Notes under the pieces: generated by a model
Database searches by the model: none
Told to the model about the DNA's origin: nothing
Seen by the model: the letters and a program-made list of their open reading frames with translations, nothing else
Source of the DNA: Octopus bimaculoides
Lineage: Eukaryota
DNA length: 64,000 bases
Direction of reading: 5' to 3'
Assembly: GCF_001194135.2 (NCBI RefSeq)
Contig: NC_068986.1
Span: forward strand, 110,718,347 to 110,782,346
In this document: positions 38,286-51,601 of the stretch, in pieces
Position numbering within the stretch: position 1 is the first letter of the stretch
Layout: the number at the start of each line of letters is the position of its first letter
Translations under genes and position numbers: made by a program

Positions 38286-38708
38286 ATTTAATAGATTAAT
38301 CATCGTTGTTGCATTAAAATAAAAGCATGTTACTTAGTGTTTACACGAGAAATATTTTAGGAATGGGTCCCAATACATGATTATAATTACTAATATCTGT
38401 CCCCCATTGCTTCCATTCTCCAGACACAGAATTAGGGAGGTATTACTAGTTTTCATTTTACAAATTATTTCTTGGCAATTTTCTATGTTCAGTTTTGACA
38501 ATAGTAATTGTACAATAGTAATTTGTTTCGCTATCGATAACCACAAAATTAGATTTTTATTGTTCTTGACTGCAAAATTCAGGTAGAATTTGTATTAGCT
38601 ATTTTCTTCAACTATTTCGTTTACAATGCTGCTAAATATTCGGAAATATTTGAAATCAACATTTTTTGAATATGAATGTGAAAGATTTATTCGTTTTGTA
38701 CATTATAA

Positions 38709-38746
<38 letters not shown>

Positions 38747-41059
38747 GGGAGATTTAAATTGTTTAATTTTTCTTGTTGTATTGTTTACACGTTGTAAAAG
38801 TCATTGTGTCGTCCTGTTTTTGTCTTTTATGTTGTTGTATGCCTCTTAATGTAATTTTATGTAAGCCCTTGCAGCCAATACGTGAATTTTTATTATTATT
38901 GTTAATGTTTTTGTTGCTGTATTTATTGTTTTTGATGTTGTGGCTGTTATTGTTTATGTTGCTGTTACCTGTTTGTTGACCATTGAAACAATTTCTTTGC
39001 TGTGAAATGCTACCGAAGTGAACTTTAGTCTTCATCGTTTCATGTTCGATAGATTCATCTAATTGGGGTGCTGCTAGGGACACTCTTCCTCTCATGTCAA
39101 ACCTGCAAGTCTTGTGCTCAAAATTAGAAAAGCAAATCTATTATCAGGATTGTTCTTGTTGTTTTATCGCTCGTAAATATTTGTTTTGATGCTTTTAAAA
39201 CTCTGTGTATTAAAAAAAGCATTTCTTTTGTATTGTTATTAAGTGATCATAAATATTCCCGACTTCTTTCCGCCCTTTCGAGACGAAATTTCTTAATTTT
39301 CTCTTGAACTTAGTCATCTAACAATTGAGAACATGACGTCGACATTTTCGACGGAGAAGGTAAAGCGTGTTTGAACACTGAATTTCACACTGAGTTCTCA
39401 ATTTTAAGACAAAGCAGCAGAATCACCACAACCATTACCATTATTACAATCATCGTCATCACCATAACAATTCCTGTAATAAGCAACAGTAAAAGTTATC
39501 AATGACAACGTTGACAAAAGCAAAGAACAGCGCTACATTTATATTATAATGAGAACGACGAAAGACAGTGAAAAACATACTATCAAAACTAGCAAAAAAC
39601 CACATCCACTACCACCACTACAACAACTACCAACATCCAGCACCATCACCAACACCACCAACAAGAACAACCACAACAGCAACAAACCCCACAATAACAC
39701 TAACATTATTTATATGGCCAAAGCCACAGTTAGGAAACCAACTGTTAACGATTTGCTGATGCAGTTCACACACAAGACTCACTCAATCACCGAATGATCT
39801 GAAAGATTTCCCAAATTTTCTAACCAAAACTAGAAGTGTATCAGCGAGCAGGATTCACAGAGAAAGTCATTTATATAAACGGACATGACTGAAGTCCAGA
39901 AAAGTGAAATAAAAGCGGTTCAAAACGAAATTGCGAAAGAGCAACAAAGCAATATGTTGCATCAAAGCATACATAGAGTGAAGAATAAGATTCAACATGA
40001 TAAACTTGAGATTTCGGACAGAAACTGAAATTAGGACGGATTTCATAACTCTAGTAAACGTTGAACTGATCCTTATAGATTGAGAGTGGCAAAGATGGTT
40101 AAGTTGCCACAGGATAAATCTATCTTCTGGTTCGTTGCAACATTTTCGCTGGACATCGAAGAAAAATAAAATTGTATTGTGAACAAATTTGCTCGGATAC
40201 AGTGATGGAGCTCTTCATGCAGGAAGATTAACATCCATGGAGACCATCTTAGATTTGAATACTCTGTTAGGTGACATGGTAGCGTTTGTGGTCGCTAAGT
40301 GCAGAAAGTCACATTGTCTATCATCCACTGATTTTTATCCACAGAAGATGAAAGGCAGAAGCTCTTTACTGCAGCTGACGCCATGCCTCCCTACAGCTAT
40401 AACATCAACAACATATGGAGAATCATAAAATAACATGAAATCACAAAAGCAACAATAGCAAAAACTACTGCAAAAGAAGCAATATAGTCAACATCAACTG
40501 GTAAATGTATATTTGTGGTCATATAACTTCCCGTTCGGATAACTCAGATGTGCCCTACATGGAGTAGGAAGGTGTAAAATGAAAGTGGAAACTATACCCT
40601 TAGGAAGGGAGAGAAAGAGGGAAGCGAGTATAGAATGCACTAACAAAAAAAAGGGCGTTTTGAAGTGGGGAGAATACTCGGTGGTGTAACGCCAGCACCA
40701 GATCAACTATCACACACAATATCAGTACAACCACATTCAATACATTAGTAAATGCAAACAACCCCATGTATATCGAAACCCACAAAAACATGAGTATAAA
40801 ATCTTATCTACGTGACCATAGATGCATACAAGGAATCCATGAAAAATATGCATAAACACATTACACACAGCGACTACACCACAACAACATATGTCGTAGC
40901 TACACACTCAACGAAACACACTTCACCGACAAGTTAGAAACTAAATTTACCCACCGAATGCGTTAATTCTTAGAGGGATAATTAACGAAAGGATCTTTAA
41001 GAATTTTATGATGAAACATATCTGGATCCCACAATATGGATAACTTTCCAGAATCAAGG

Positions 41060-42310
41060 AGTAAATAGGTGATGCTGCACCTAATCAGTAGCGATTGCCA
41101 TATTTGCTATGCACCGACACGTGTGGTTTCGCTAGATTATCGTTGGCATCCAGATATTTTCGTTGGAAATGTCTTGCTCTTTAGTGCTTGTGAGAGATTG
41201 ATACGCCATTTTATGCAAGATGAGATTGTGAACGCGCGCAATGCCATCATAAATTTGTCCACCAATTTCCAACTGACTGAGAGGCACCATTCTCGTCTTC
41301 CCGATTTCGTCATTGTGGATATAGAGAAACTTCATCAACTCCACCAGATAGAATCTAGATAAGGTATCCTGTAGGCTAGTTGATACGGATAGCGAAGGTC
41401 ATTCATAAGCTAAATTAGCGCCGTACTCAAATTTGTGGTCGGTAAAGTTGATCTAGAAAGGCATCATAAGCAGGGAGCCGGTTAGTGGAAGATGAACTTG
41501 GTCTTTCTGAGTACGCAAAACACAACGTATGAACCAAGTTACAATTCAGTCAATGATGTAGTATGATGAGCATATGATACTCGATCCGAAGCATATGTAT
41601 TCGGCAGGGAATTACGTTCAGAGTCGGACCACAGGGTCCCCCCCTTTCCCCTTGCCTACATCGATAGCTTACAAGACCTGTCGACAATGAAGATGATGTG
41701 TTACAAAAAGCCGATGATGGCTACAATGTTACAGCAAACGATTGTTATCTGAAATAGATCCGAATATTCTAAGAATTCTTCGTATATATGTCGACAATAC
41801 TAAGCAAGCGTGTCGCAGATAGCTACAATAATTGTGAGCCAAAGTGTGGTAGCATTTCTCAGAAAGGACCCGAACAAGTTGTATCACAGAAAAATGTTTG
41901 TTCCATCACTGTACTTGATGCAGATTTCAAGATTTTAACCAAAGAGTTAACGAAAACTTTGGGGTTTGTGTTCGGTTTTGCACTTAGTGATGAGCCATCA
42001 GAAGGAGATCTATCAACAAACTTCACTTCAGGTAACACGTCATAGTATGGACGGGCAAGGAAAGTGTCGTGGACGTCGGTCTGATCAAATTAGTTACGTT
42101 GAAAGCGTTTCATGTGGTCGACCCCCTCTACTTGGTTGGAACCCTCACAGCAGCAGTTTTCAGGAACCTGATCGCCGCTATGTACAGCGATATCTATTTA
42201 GTGGATAGTGTGAATCGCTACCTATTGTTTCCGCTTAGCATTTCGCGCTCAGTCTATCGATTTTTTCTCAATGCGTTATTAAACGCAAGGGCTGGCTGCC
42301 AGACACGTTG
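41060..42310 (+). mobile_element. Tx1/L1-clade LINE ORF2 remnant (APE endonuclease + RT), heavily decayed
   Basis: YAPT...NFQLTERH...KFVVGKVDLERHHKQGAG*WKMN (GYWKLN motif); KDPNK...ITVLDADFKILTK; LKAFHVVDPLYL...AAMYSDI...SISRSV. Confidence 0.7.
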
Positions 42311-43679
42311 AGCCTTTATTTTTGATATGTATTTCTTAGGATCCACAGCGCATCGGGGCAACTACGACAGTTCTTTAACTGGGACTTGTATTCACATAGA
42401 CCCACGTGAACTTTTCTCAAATAATAAAATATGAATGTTACCCAGCGTACTACGATGAATTTCAGCTTAATCGAGTTGTCATAACATAGATGAATAATAT
42501 TTAAGGTGATGTATGTGTTTGATAATCTTTGCAGTGCAGAGTGAAAAATAATAACAAATCTCGGGCTAAAATACTGACAAGTTTATGACATAAAAAAAAA
42601 ACCTTCAAAGAGTTTCGCTCCTAAGACCACACCTTGAATACAATCCATGAGAAATTTTTACACCATCTCAAGAATCATTTGTTGCAGAAAGAAAGAAAGA
42701 ATCTATCTCACAATTTTCAAAATAGCCATTAAATGATAATTTCTTCTTCTTCTTCTTTCAAAAGTTTTCTGTTTCTATGACAACGACAAATTGCACCTGC
42801 ATGTTTATAATGTGTATGCTGCATTCTCTCTTGGGAATATAAAATTATGTATACTAAATCAGATTTGTATTGCTGTGAAGTTTAGTATTGTCTCTGGTGT
42901 TATTTTTATGCATTTCAACTCTTACACAGAATACAGGTACGTTTCAGAATTAATATTCTATGAAAATAAGATGGGCTTTTGTTGTTAGCTGATCTATTCC
43001 TAGTATTTTTATTGATATACAATAGCATTGATAACTTCCTCTTAGTATTCTCAAATGTCTAATATCTCAGAATATTATAATATACTAACGGAACATCCAA
43101 AAATACATTACGTCATTACATTTCATGTCACTCACAACGATGAACAAACAGGAAGTTTGTAGGAACATCGGTGAGAACTTGGTTACAACCATATTTTACC
43201 TGAATGACTGCATAAATAAGTTATAGCATAAACGGAACTAACCTATAGCACTACTGAGTTGTGATGAAATTTGAAGCATATTTCAAAGCAGCTGGCAGTG
43301 TTTCAGGATGGCTGGAAGCAGGTTGACCATATTCATTTTTAGATACTCCCGATACATTCCAAATAAAGCTCAAATCAGCTGAAATACCAGATCAGCAAAC
43401 CAGACATTAGTTCTATTCCTTTACAACTGATACCAAATTCCATGTATCAAATCCATATCCTACTGGAATGCAAATTCTACATTATCAAAATATTAGTGAA
43501 CGGGTGTATGTAGAAACTAAGAAATCACTATAAAATTAAAGACCCGGTGAACAGAGGACCAAGCAATACTTTAGAATGGCCTATCGTGGAGTCCCACTTT
43601 AAGATTTTAAGAAGGTTAGAGCAAACTGGGTTTTCGATAAACAAGGTCAGCTCGGTTTGATCTTGGAAGCTTAGGCAAA

Positions 43680-44290
43680 TATTCAAAGATATCCTTCTCT
43701 TTATATGTTTAACATAAGCGAGACCAAGATCTCTGACACACGTGCAATCGTGCCTGTGTTCGATGGCCATGTGGCATACACATCCCATGGTTTATCAGCA
43801 TCAGGCGGCAGAGCTGTAGTGACATTTCGGAAATTCTTATATGTAGAAGTATGGCCAATCTCCTTGGTACGGATGAACGGCAGGGAAGTAATTACCTTCA
43901 GATTAGTAGACATCTAAGCCCACACAGAGATAGGACGTATGGATTTCTTCAAAGGTGTGAATTTTCTGGGAGTATGTTGTGATCGCTAGCACTTGTGTTG
44001 GTGTATAATCGTATTTTAAATCCATTATGGGACTGTCGCATGCATGTGAAATAGCATAAAGAATCTTCGCAGAGGCTTCCAACTTTCCTTTAGGAATCAA
44101 TTAAATTTCCAGCTTCTTACTGTTGTTTCCTACTAAGAGCAAACAACGTATGTAATCCAGATCGTGCATAAAGCTATGTTAAGCGAGTGGTTAGGGGCTG
44201 TCTGGGAAGTCCATACTTTAAACTGCAGGGTCGACTTAGAATATTTTGAGAGAGGAACCACAACCGGAATTTGAGCCCATCTTTGTCAGC
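43680..44290 (+). mobile_element. Second Tx1/L1-clade APE endonuclease remnant
   Basis: NISETKISDTRAIVPVFDGH...SGGRAVVTFRK...FRLVDI*AHTEIGRMDFFK...FQLS; consistent with APE motifs (ETK, GG.AV, Y/xAP). Confidence 0.65.
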
Positions 44291-44744
44291 AAGGAGGTAC
44301 AAAAAGACCCAGTTAGCGATTTACTAAAACGCCATACCAAACAAGAGAAGTGCCACCCATATTTTCTGAGTATCCGAATTCAAATCCAACTAAGGTCTCC
44401 TTTTTATTTCATCTTTATTTAGAATACAGTACCAGTAAGATTCTGGTGTAGATGTTACCGACTAAACCTCATCACCACAAATTTTAGGCTTCATTTTAAG
44501 AAGAATTAAATTTCCAGTGGTTTGAATCTTGTCGTGGTTAGATTTGCCTTTCGGCCTTAAGGAGGTAATTAGGTGCTGAGGTCGAGATTTTTCAACTACC
44601 CTTCCCCTCAAAATCGTAAGCCTTGTGCCCCAATCAGAAACCGGTTTTATTGTTGTTGTTGCTGTTATTAGTTTCGGTGACGCCTTTGATCTGGAAACTG
44701 TTATATCAAAAGCTCATTATTACTTTTAATTATAATCAAAGTCC

Positions 44745-44950
44745 GCGAGCTGGCAGAATCGTTAGCACGCTGGACGAGGTGCTTTGCGATATTTTGCCCG
44801 TCTTTACGTTCTGAGTTCAAATTCCGCCAAGGTCAACTTTTCCTTTCATTTGTTCAGGGTTGATGCATTAAGTACCAGTTAATCACTTGGGTTGATGCAA
44901 TCTTCATATCCAATCCTACAACTGGCTGCCTTTGTAGCAACAATTTTGAA
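44745..44950 (+). mobile_element. SINE family B copy
   Basis: GCGAGCTGGCAGAATCGTTAGCACGCTGGACGAGG...TCTGAGTTCAAATTCCGCCAAGGTCAAC. Confidence 0.85.
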
Positions 44951-45669
44951 ACTAATATTATTTTTATTAACATTTACAAATATATGTTCACCTTCATATG
45001 TATATAAATAGAAATATTAAATATATTTTCTTCAAAGATTAGCATATAAGGAGAAAAAAGTCTGTTTTAATATTGACTTATTACGACTTGTTTTCTATTC
45101 TTAATTTTCCTACTTTTTTTTAGTTTGACAGCAAACTGCCGTCATTCAGAATGACGAAAACTACATTAATGATTTTTGTCTATAAAGTTACATCTGATTT
45201 CTTAGATGTAACTCTGTTTTGTGTGTTGTTCAACCTTTACTGTTACCGTAATAATTATCTCTAGCGAATGTTACCAAAGACATAACATCGATTGCTTGCA
45301 TTATACTATTTATGGAATTCATAAAATACAACGTAACTGACAAAAGCAAATGCCCTTTCGTAGCTTGAGGCAATAATTCCTGAATATGACCATTATTACA
45401 ATTCTCTCAGGAAACAGCATTTGCTTTTTTTTTTATTGTTTATTGAATAGCTGTAAGTCGGTGGAGCGGCAGAGATGCCAAGAGAACATTATTTCTGTTA
45501 TTTGTAATATTTAAGTCAATGTTTCTGTTTCAAATTTTGCTGACGTCCTGTATATTTTAGCTTATCGTTGAAATTAGCTATTGCTAAAGTTTATCTCTTG
45601 AATTATGGTATGTGTTGTAATGAAAAATTACTGAAGCAGATGAAACAGGAAAAATATGTATACAAACAT

Positions 45670-48350
45670 GGAGTAAGTCAAGCATGACAACTGTATGCAT
45701 ACACAGGAATGTTTATAGTTCTGCTGGGGATAACACAAGTCTGCACATTAACCACCAGTCCATGAAAGACAAGCGCTAATCTATTTGCTAACACCTTGGC
45801 CAAAAGTTTGTAATCTGCATTTTGAAAAGTTACCGGCCGAAAGTTATGAACAATATCCTTCTTGTTCGAATCCTGTCTCAGTTGCGTCACCACATCTCAG
45901 CTCACGGATCCGCGTATTCTCCCATGCTGCTGCCAGTTTTGGTTGACGTCTTCCAAAAGCTCAATAAACCTGTCTGGCATATGTATATAAAGCTCCAAGA
46001 GCAGACCATCCAATCCCGGAGACTTCTCCCTCGTGCAGCCAGCCAACGCATCACTTTAGCTGTTATCTTTAAATAACGCATATTACGTTATCTAAAGATA
46101 GCGTTATCTTATAAAGGTAACGTTATCCTTAAAGATAACGCATCTTTAGCTTTTATCGCCGTTTCGCAGAACTCCACGTCCCTGACCAAAAGCCGCAGCA
46201 TACCTCAAGGTAAGAAGTGAAGTTCACCTCCGCCTCTGGGTCACTATGCGTCCCTAACACTTCCCTAAAGTGCCGCTGAAATTCCGCACGAATCTGCTTC
46301 AAATCGTGTAGCATGCACCCGTTCCGACCCCTTAAAGACCGAATAGTAGTTTAAGGCCACGTTGCGCCTCGGCCACCCCGAACCCGTCGAACGGTTTTCT
46401 TTCCCTCCTACTTTAGAGTACGCGTCCTAATTATGTCAATGCAACTTTCATTCTTGATGTTGAAGAATTGCTTCAGAACGAATCTCGCTGTCAGAACGTC
46501 GGTCACTGTGCTTCCACGACGACTCCAAGCCACGCACATTTTGTACAACCTACTTTAAGAACCGCCATGCAGGTCAGGAAGTTAGAAAAGGAAAAAGGGA
46601 GTGTCACTTACCCTCCTGGTGTTCTTTGTGGTCGTGTGGTCGTGTGGTTCTTCCACCCTGTCTGTTCTGTTGGGTTCTTCTGGGAACCCCCTTAAAAGCC
46701 ATCTGCTGGCCGTTACACTGAGAGATCCAGTATCATACGGGTAGCTCCACTTAATGCTCGTATAAGTCTCTAATTATTAGGCTCCCCGGTACTCTAAAAG
46801 TGTTGGGAATGAAGGTCACTCTGTTTCAATGTCCTCGTTTTGTGCTATGAGGGCCATTAGTCTTTCATTAGACCTCCTCACTAGCACGAAGTTCCGTTGC
46901 TGTGGGGATGGTCGCTTTTATTGTTGTAGTGACACTCTCCATTAAAAAGTTTGTTGTGAGTTATTTTAACCATGTTGGTGACTGAGGGGTTTGTAATGTT
47001 GGTATCGTCATCGCTGCGTCTGTGTTGCTGTTGCTAGGATTTCTCCCTTTTTTCTGCGTCTCTTTTTTTTCCCGCCGTTCGGGCTTCCCCTCATCATCCA
47101 TTGGATGCGTGGAAGAGTCTGTGTATTTATGTTTTGTCCTGGTTCTCTTGTTGCTGTTGCTCCTGCTACTGTAGCTTGCACTTGTGCTGCCGGTGCTACT
47201 CCCACTGCCACCTCTACTTTAACACCTGCTTGATTTGTCTCTTTGGGTTCAATTTCTCTTACTATACCCCTGCCTTTCTGTTGTTGTTCTTGTTGTTTTG
47301 TCGCTCCTGGGTTGTAGTGCTTTCGTTCGGACGTTTCCTTCTACCTTTCTATTCTTGTCCTGTGGGAGGTGAAGCCGTAAGTGGCTCGTTGAAACACTTG
47401 CGGCACTTCGAGCTTCTGTCCTCCACGTTCACCCTTAGTTCTACTCGATTAGAAAGGAAAATCAGGTGTATGTCTTTCTGTAACTGCTTTGCCTTCACGT
47501 GGAGATGAATCCCCCAAGGTAGTCCCAACCCAATTCTACCTCCTTGGTCTCTTAACATCCAGGAGATTCTCCACACCGTCCGTACGAATACAGGCGTGAA
47601 TCCACCATAAATCCAAGCCTGGTGGGACTCCAGGTAAAATAATCTGTACCGCCCTTCTTATCATGTACGTTGGAAAGAGGGCGATTTTCGTGATGTGACG
47701 CGTGATCCCCGAGTTCTATATTGCATGCTCCTCGGACTTAAAAACCACCTATTCACACCACCCTACTGTCTCGCTCTCGCAATGTGGCGGATATCCTTCC
47801 ACATGTCTTTCAAAGCTTTTTTCACCTGGTCGTGTTTAGCATTTTCGAGTTTTCTTGTCTTTGTGCTCAAGCACATGTAGACAACAGTCCGTTTGGGTGT
47901 TGCTTCTAGCACGTCGCTTGGAGGCGTTAATTCCGTGCATCTTCGATTTATTTTCATATATGCTGCATTGTTTAGTTTTTTTTCCATTTTTTCTCCAATT
48001 GGATGTTAACCAATTCCTTAGCCGCCGTGATATTTGCAAAGTTTTCTTTCCCAACACTGACTACATTTTTGCCAATCTTTGTCGCAGTTGCTTTCATTAT
48101 CGTTTGGCGTGATACTACGATTTCTATGTAGCGAGGAGGACTTTACTCCTTCCTTTCTCTCGCTTTCTTTCTGATTATTCTCTACTTTCTTCTTTTCTTC
48201 ACACTTCTTTTTTTCCTGCTCACTACTTGTGGGCAGGACGGGGAAGTCCTCGTGCAAATTGCCGTACCCGCTTCTTTCCTCACTCTCGCTTTTCGTCGCC
48301 ATCTTCAATATTTACTTTCTCCGAAGCAAATTTACAAAGACATTTGAAAA
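45670..48350 (-). mobile_element. Tx1/L1-clade LINE: 5' UTR, ORF1 (about 48300-46600), endonuclease deleted, ORF2 linker and RT N-terminal half
   Basis: ORF1: MATKSESEE...KLENAKHDQVKKALKDMWKDIRHIARAR...ILPGVPPG...VNVEDRSSKCRKC. ORF2: DVLTARFVLKQFF...TTIRSL...FQRHF...VNFTSYL...DALAGCTREKSPGLDGL...NWQQHG...NFRPVTFQNADYKLLAKVLANRL. Confidence 0.8.
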
Positions 48351-48726
48351 CACAAAGGTTTGTATCACCCACACAATTGATCTTTCTGATTTGGCGGGCG
48401 CCACTTGTTTTCTTAACGAAACACTTTCAAACTTGGGACACTGGTAGAATGTGTCATATAAAACATCTATTACTCTTAGTGTTATTGAGAAAAGTTTATC
48501 TTTTTAAAGTTATTTCGTGTTAAAATTGTCATATTTCGGTAATTTTAACCAATCAATGACGTCTATTGAGGTGAAAACAATTACTGCTGTGGAATGTAAA
48601 CAAGACGTTCTAGCGGTGTAATGGGATCTTTTCCCTTGAATAAAATTTGTGCCGTTGTTTGTCAACAACAACTGTCGGCGGTACTGCTATTTATGACATC
48701 GTTCGTGCGTTTGTACTGGTTTTAGA

Positions 48727-48801
48727 TTTAGGGTTTTAGCTGTTAGGGTTCGGGTTTTAGGGTTAGTGTTATGAGTATTTTTGCCAACCCCTAACCCTAA
48801 C
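48727..48801. repeat. Degenerate telomere-like TTAGGG hexamers followed by inverted CCCTAA hexamers
   Basis: TTTAGGGTTTTAGCTGTTAGGGTTCGGGTTTTAGGGTTAG (48727-48766) and AACCCCTAACCCTAAC (48786-48801). Confidence 0.7.
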
Positions 48802-48804
48802 ATC

Positions 48805-49126
48805 ATGTATGATAATCGACATAGTCTCCTGATGACAACAAGATCAAAGAGAAAGATGAAAAAACAAACGATGACGATTTGAAGTGAGAAATACAAAGCT
48901 TGTGTTCAATGAAGAGAGTAGACGTGATAGCAATAGTAATTGGTGCACTTGGAAGTATTAGCACTCGACTACCAACATGGCCCTAAACGATTACGATTCT
49001 TGAAGCATGTCTAGTAAACGAATCTCATTTTAGGTTGCTGGCTGTGGACAGCTGACACTTACTCTCATACCCAGCAAAATAAGCTGTGAGATTTAGTCAA
49101 ATAATAATAATAATAATAATAATAAT
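48805..49126 (+). mobile_element. 3' end of an R4/Dong-type non-LTR element (restriction-like endonuclease) with (AAT)n tail
   Basis: IIDIV/PDDNKIKEKDEK...DLK*EIQSLCSMKRVDVIAIVIGALGS matches the PD-(D/E)xK RLE C-terminus. It ends in (AAT)n at 49099-49126. Confidence 0.75.
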
Positions 49127-50808
49127 AGTAATCACTCTCCTCCTCATTTCATTCCGTTCATTAATTATTCTAAATAATTCATTTATTTTTCTGGGAAAAA
49201 TTTAATTACCAATCTTCTTAGTCATTTTCATTATTTCTAATCAGTCTAAAAGCTATTTATGAGTTCTCTCGCAGACTGACGACTACCTACCATTGTAGTT
49301 TCCTTCATAACGAGGACAGTGTTGCAATTATTCAGTCTTGGTTCATTTAATCATTTGGAAATTAACCCCGCCGCCCCATTTCCATGTGAATCGCTGATTA
49401 ATATTGATGTTACGCTGCCATGACCGGATTCAGCCAACGAAATGATTGCTTTGTTCCCTCACCTTGAATTTTAGAACAACAGTAGTAGTTTTAGTAGACC
49501 CCCCCCCACACACAATTAAGGGTAGGCAATTGAAAGTAGCATTAGATTAAAACATCGAAACATTATCATATTTAATATGTATGCACCTTTGACAGGAATC
49601 TTCTGCTGCATTGAGATCAGATATCTGCTGTGGACGTGCTGTATTTGAAGCATGATATATATGGGAGGCAGACACAAATTTGTCCCAGCAGCGACTAACG
49701 AGAACGCCAGATGCACAAGTGCATTTTGGCCCGGTTGGTCTTCGATAATGGCGTGTACTTCCAACCAGACGCATGGGCAACGAGATACATTGCCTCCGAT
49801 ATAGCAAACAGTGAATATAAAATTTACTGTTATTGCGAGTATCTGCCCAGCGGAAACAAGAGTTCGGCGTACTCTGTTGATTTAGTATCAAATTCAGAGC
49901 AGCCTCTATTTATCAAACTTAATACTTATCCAACGTTGATAGGAAAATTACTGCTGCGTTAACCAATTGTCAAAGTGCCGCATAGATTGTTGCGTGATAT
50001 TCGTTCCACATATGCGTAATGAGTTCAAATCACGAAGATTTTAACATTGCATTTTATCATCTTGCCACTGATAAAGTATGAATCAAGCTTTAATGAACTA
50101 CCCTTCACTGACCCCTCTTAAACGGGATGGTGCCCTAACGTCCCAGTGTGGAGATGAGGGCCATTTCACCCTTTTCCCGCACACACATAAACGTGTAAAT
50201 ATAAGAGAATGTTTAAGTATTAATAGATACGTGTATGAGAAAGAGGAGGAAGCTTTATTGATAATGACAGAGAGAAACAGAGACTTGGTACAACGTGAGA
50301 AACATGGTCGAACGGAAGTCACCATTCTTGTACATAAATACATATGAGGATTTTATCACATGCAATATTAATGATTGAATCATTATTGTAAATGTGATAA
50401 ATGTTTCTGTGTACACCGAAAACAGCAATGATATCCCATATGAATATTGAGTTGTATCAACCGATTCACGCTTGCAATGGTTACAGCAGAACACTTACGT
50501 AAAACTACTCTGGAACATTCAAATATACACACACAAAAACTAATTATACACACTAACACAGTCACACATACTCACATACTCAGAAGCACTCGCACACATA
50601 TATGTAGAAAATTTCTATCTATATAAGTTTTTTTCTCTCTCACTATCTATCTATCTATCTATCTATCTGTCTATCTGTATGTGTTCATGTACTATAAATG
50701 TTGTAAACCATGAAATGTATTGCCATATAATCCACTCTGCGCGTATTACATTCACACATACACACGCATATATATACATATGCACGCACATACATACACA
50801 CATATATG

Positions 50809-50846
<38 letters not shown>

Positions 50847-51514
50847 CATGCATATATATATATAAGTGCATGTATGTGTATATGTGAAGACAGATACATG
50901 CACACGTAATCTATGAGTATAGATGCTGCACACCTATAAGGATATATCTACCTATATATGTGTGAAGATACGCACTGTTATGTAGGACAAACATAAATCT
51001 GAGGTAGACAGACATTGGTGCACCAAATGTGTATATACACGCATGATTAAGCTTGTATATATATAATTAGAGTTGATAGCATTTGTAAAGAATGGAGAGT
51101 AATGAATACCAATGTTGGGAATTACAAAAAAAAAAGGGAAAAATTCATTTGCGAGCCATGATGTAACAAATATTCATTGAACTGGTGTATGATTTTGGCA
51201 CCGGGAATATTTGCATATACACACAAAACACACGGAGACTTGTATAGCTATGAATATAATATATATGACTCATATGTCAATGATCGGATACTTACGTGAA
51301 TATGTATACATCCCTGCTTATATGTGTGTGCGTGTTTGTGTGTGTATGTATTTCTGTGTTGTGTGTTATCGGGGATAATTCGAGAATGGCTGGTTTAGCT
51401 CTACTCATAATAACACTTATAAATATTTTAAACTCGCGTATAGTCACCTTCCTATTTCAGTAATGTGAAAGATATGCATGCATATACAAAGGCATGCACT
51501 CAGAAAAACATTAC

Positions 51515-51519
51515 ACACA

Positions 51520-51600
<81 letters not shown>
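51515..51600. repeat. (CA)n / (CACG)n microsatellite
   Basis: Direct inspection. Confidence 0.95.

Positions 51601-51601
<1 letters not shown>

Noticed and set aside
49516-49962. Moderately GC-rich ORFs that might be exons or an RTE remnant; also 12720-12965
   Set aside because: No motif I could match with confidence and no clear splice structure.
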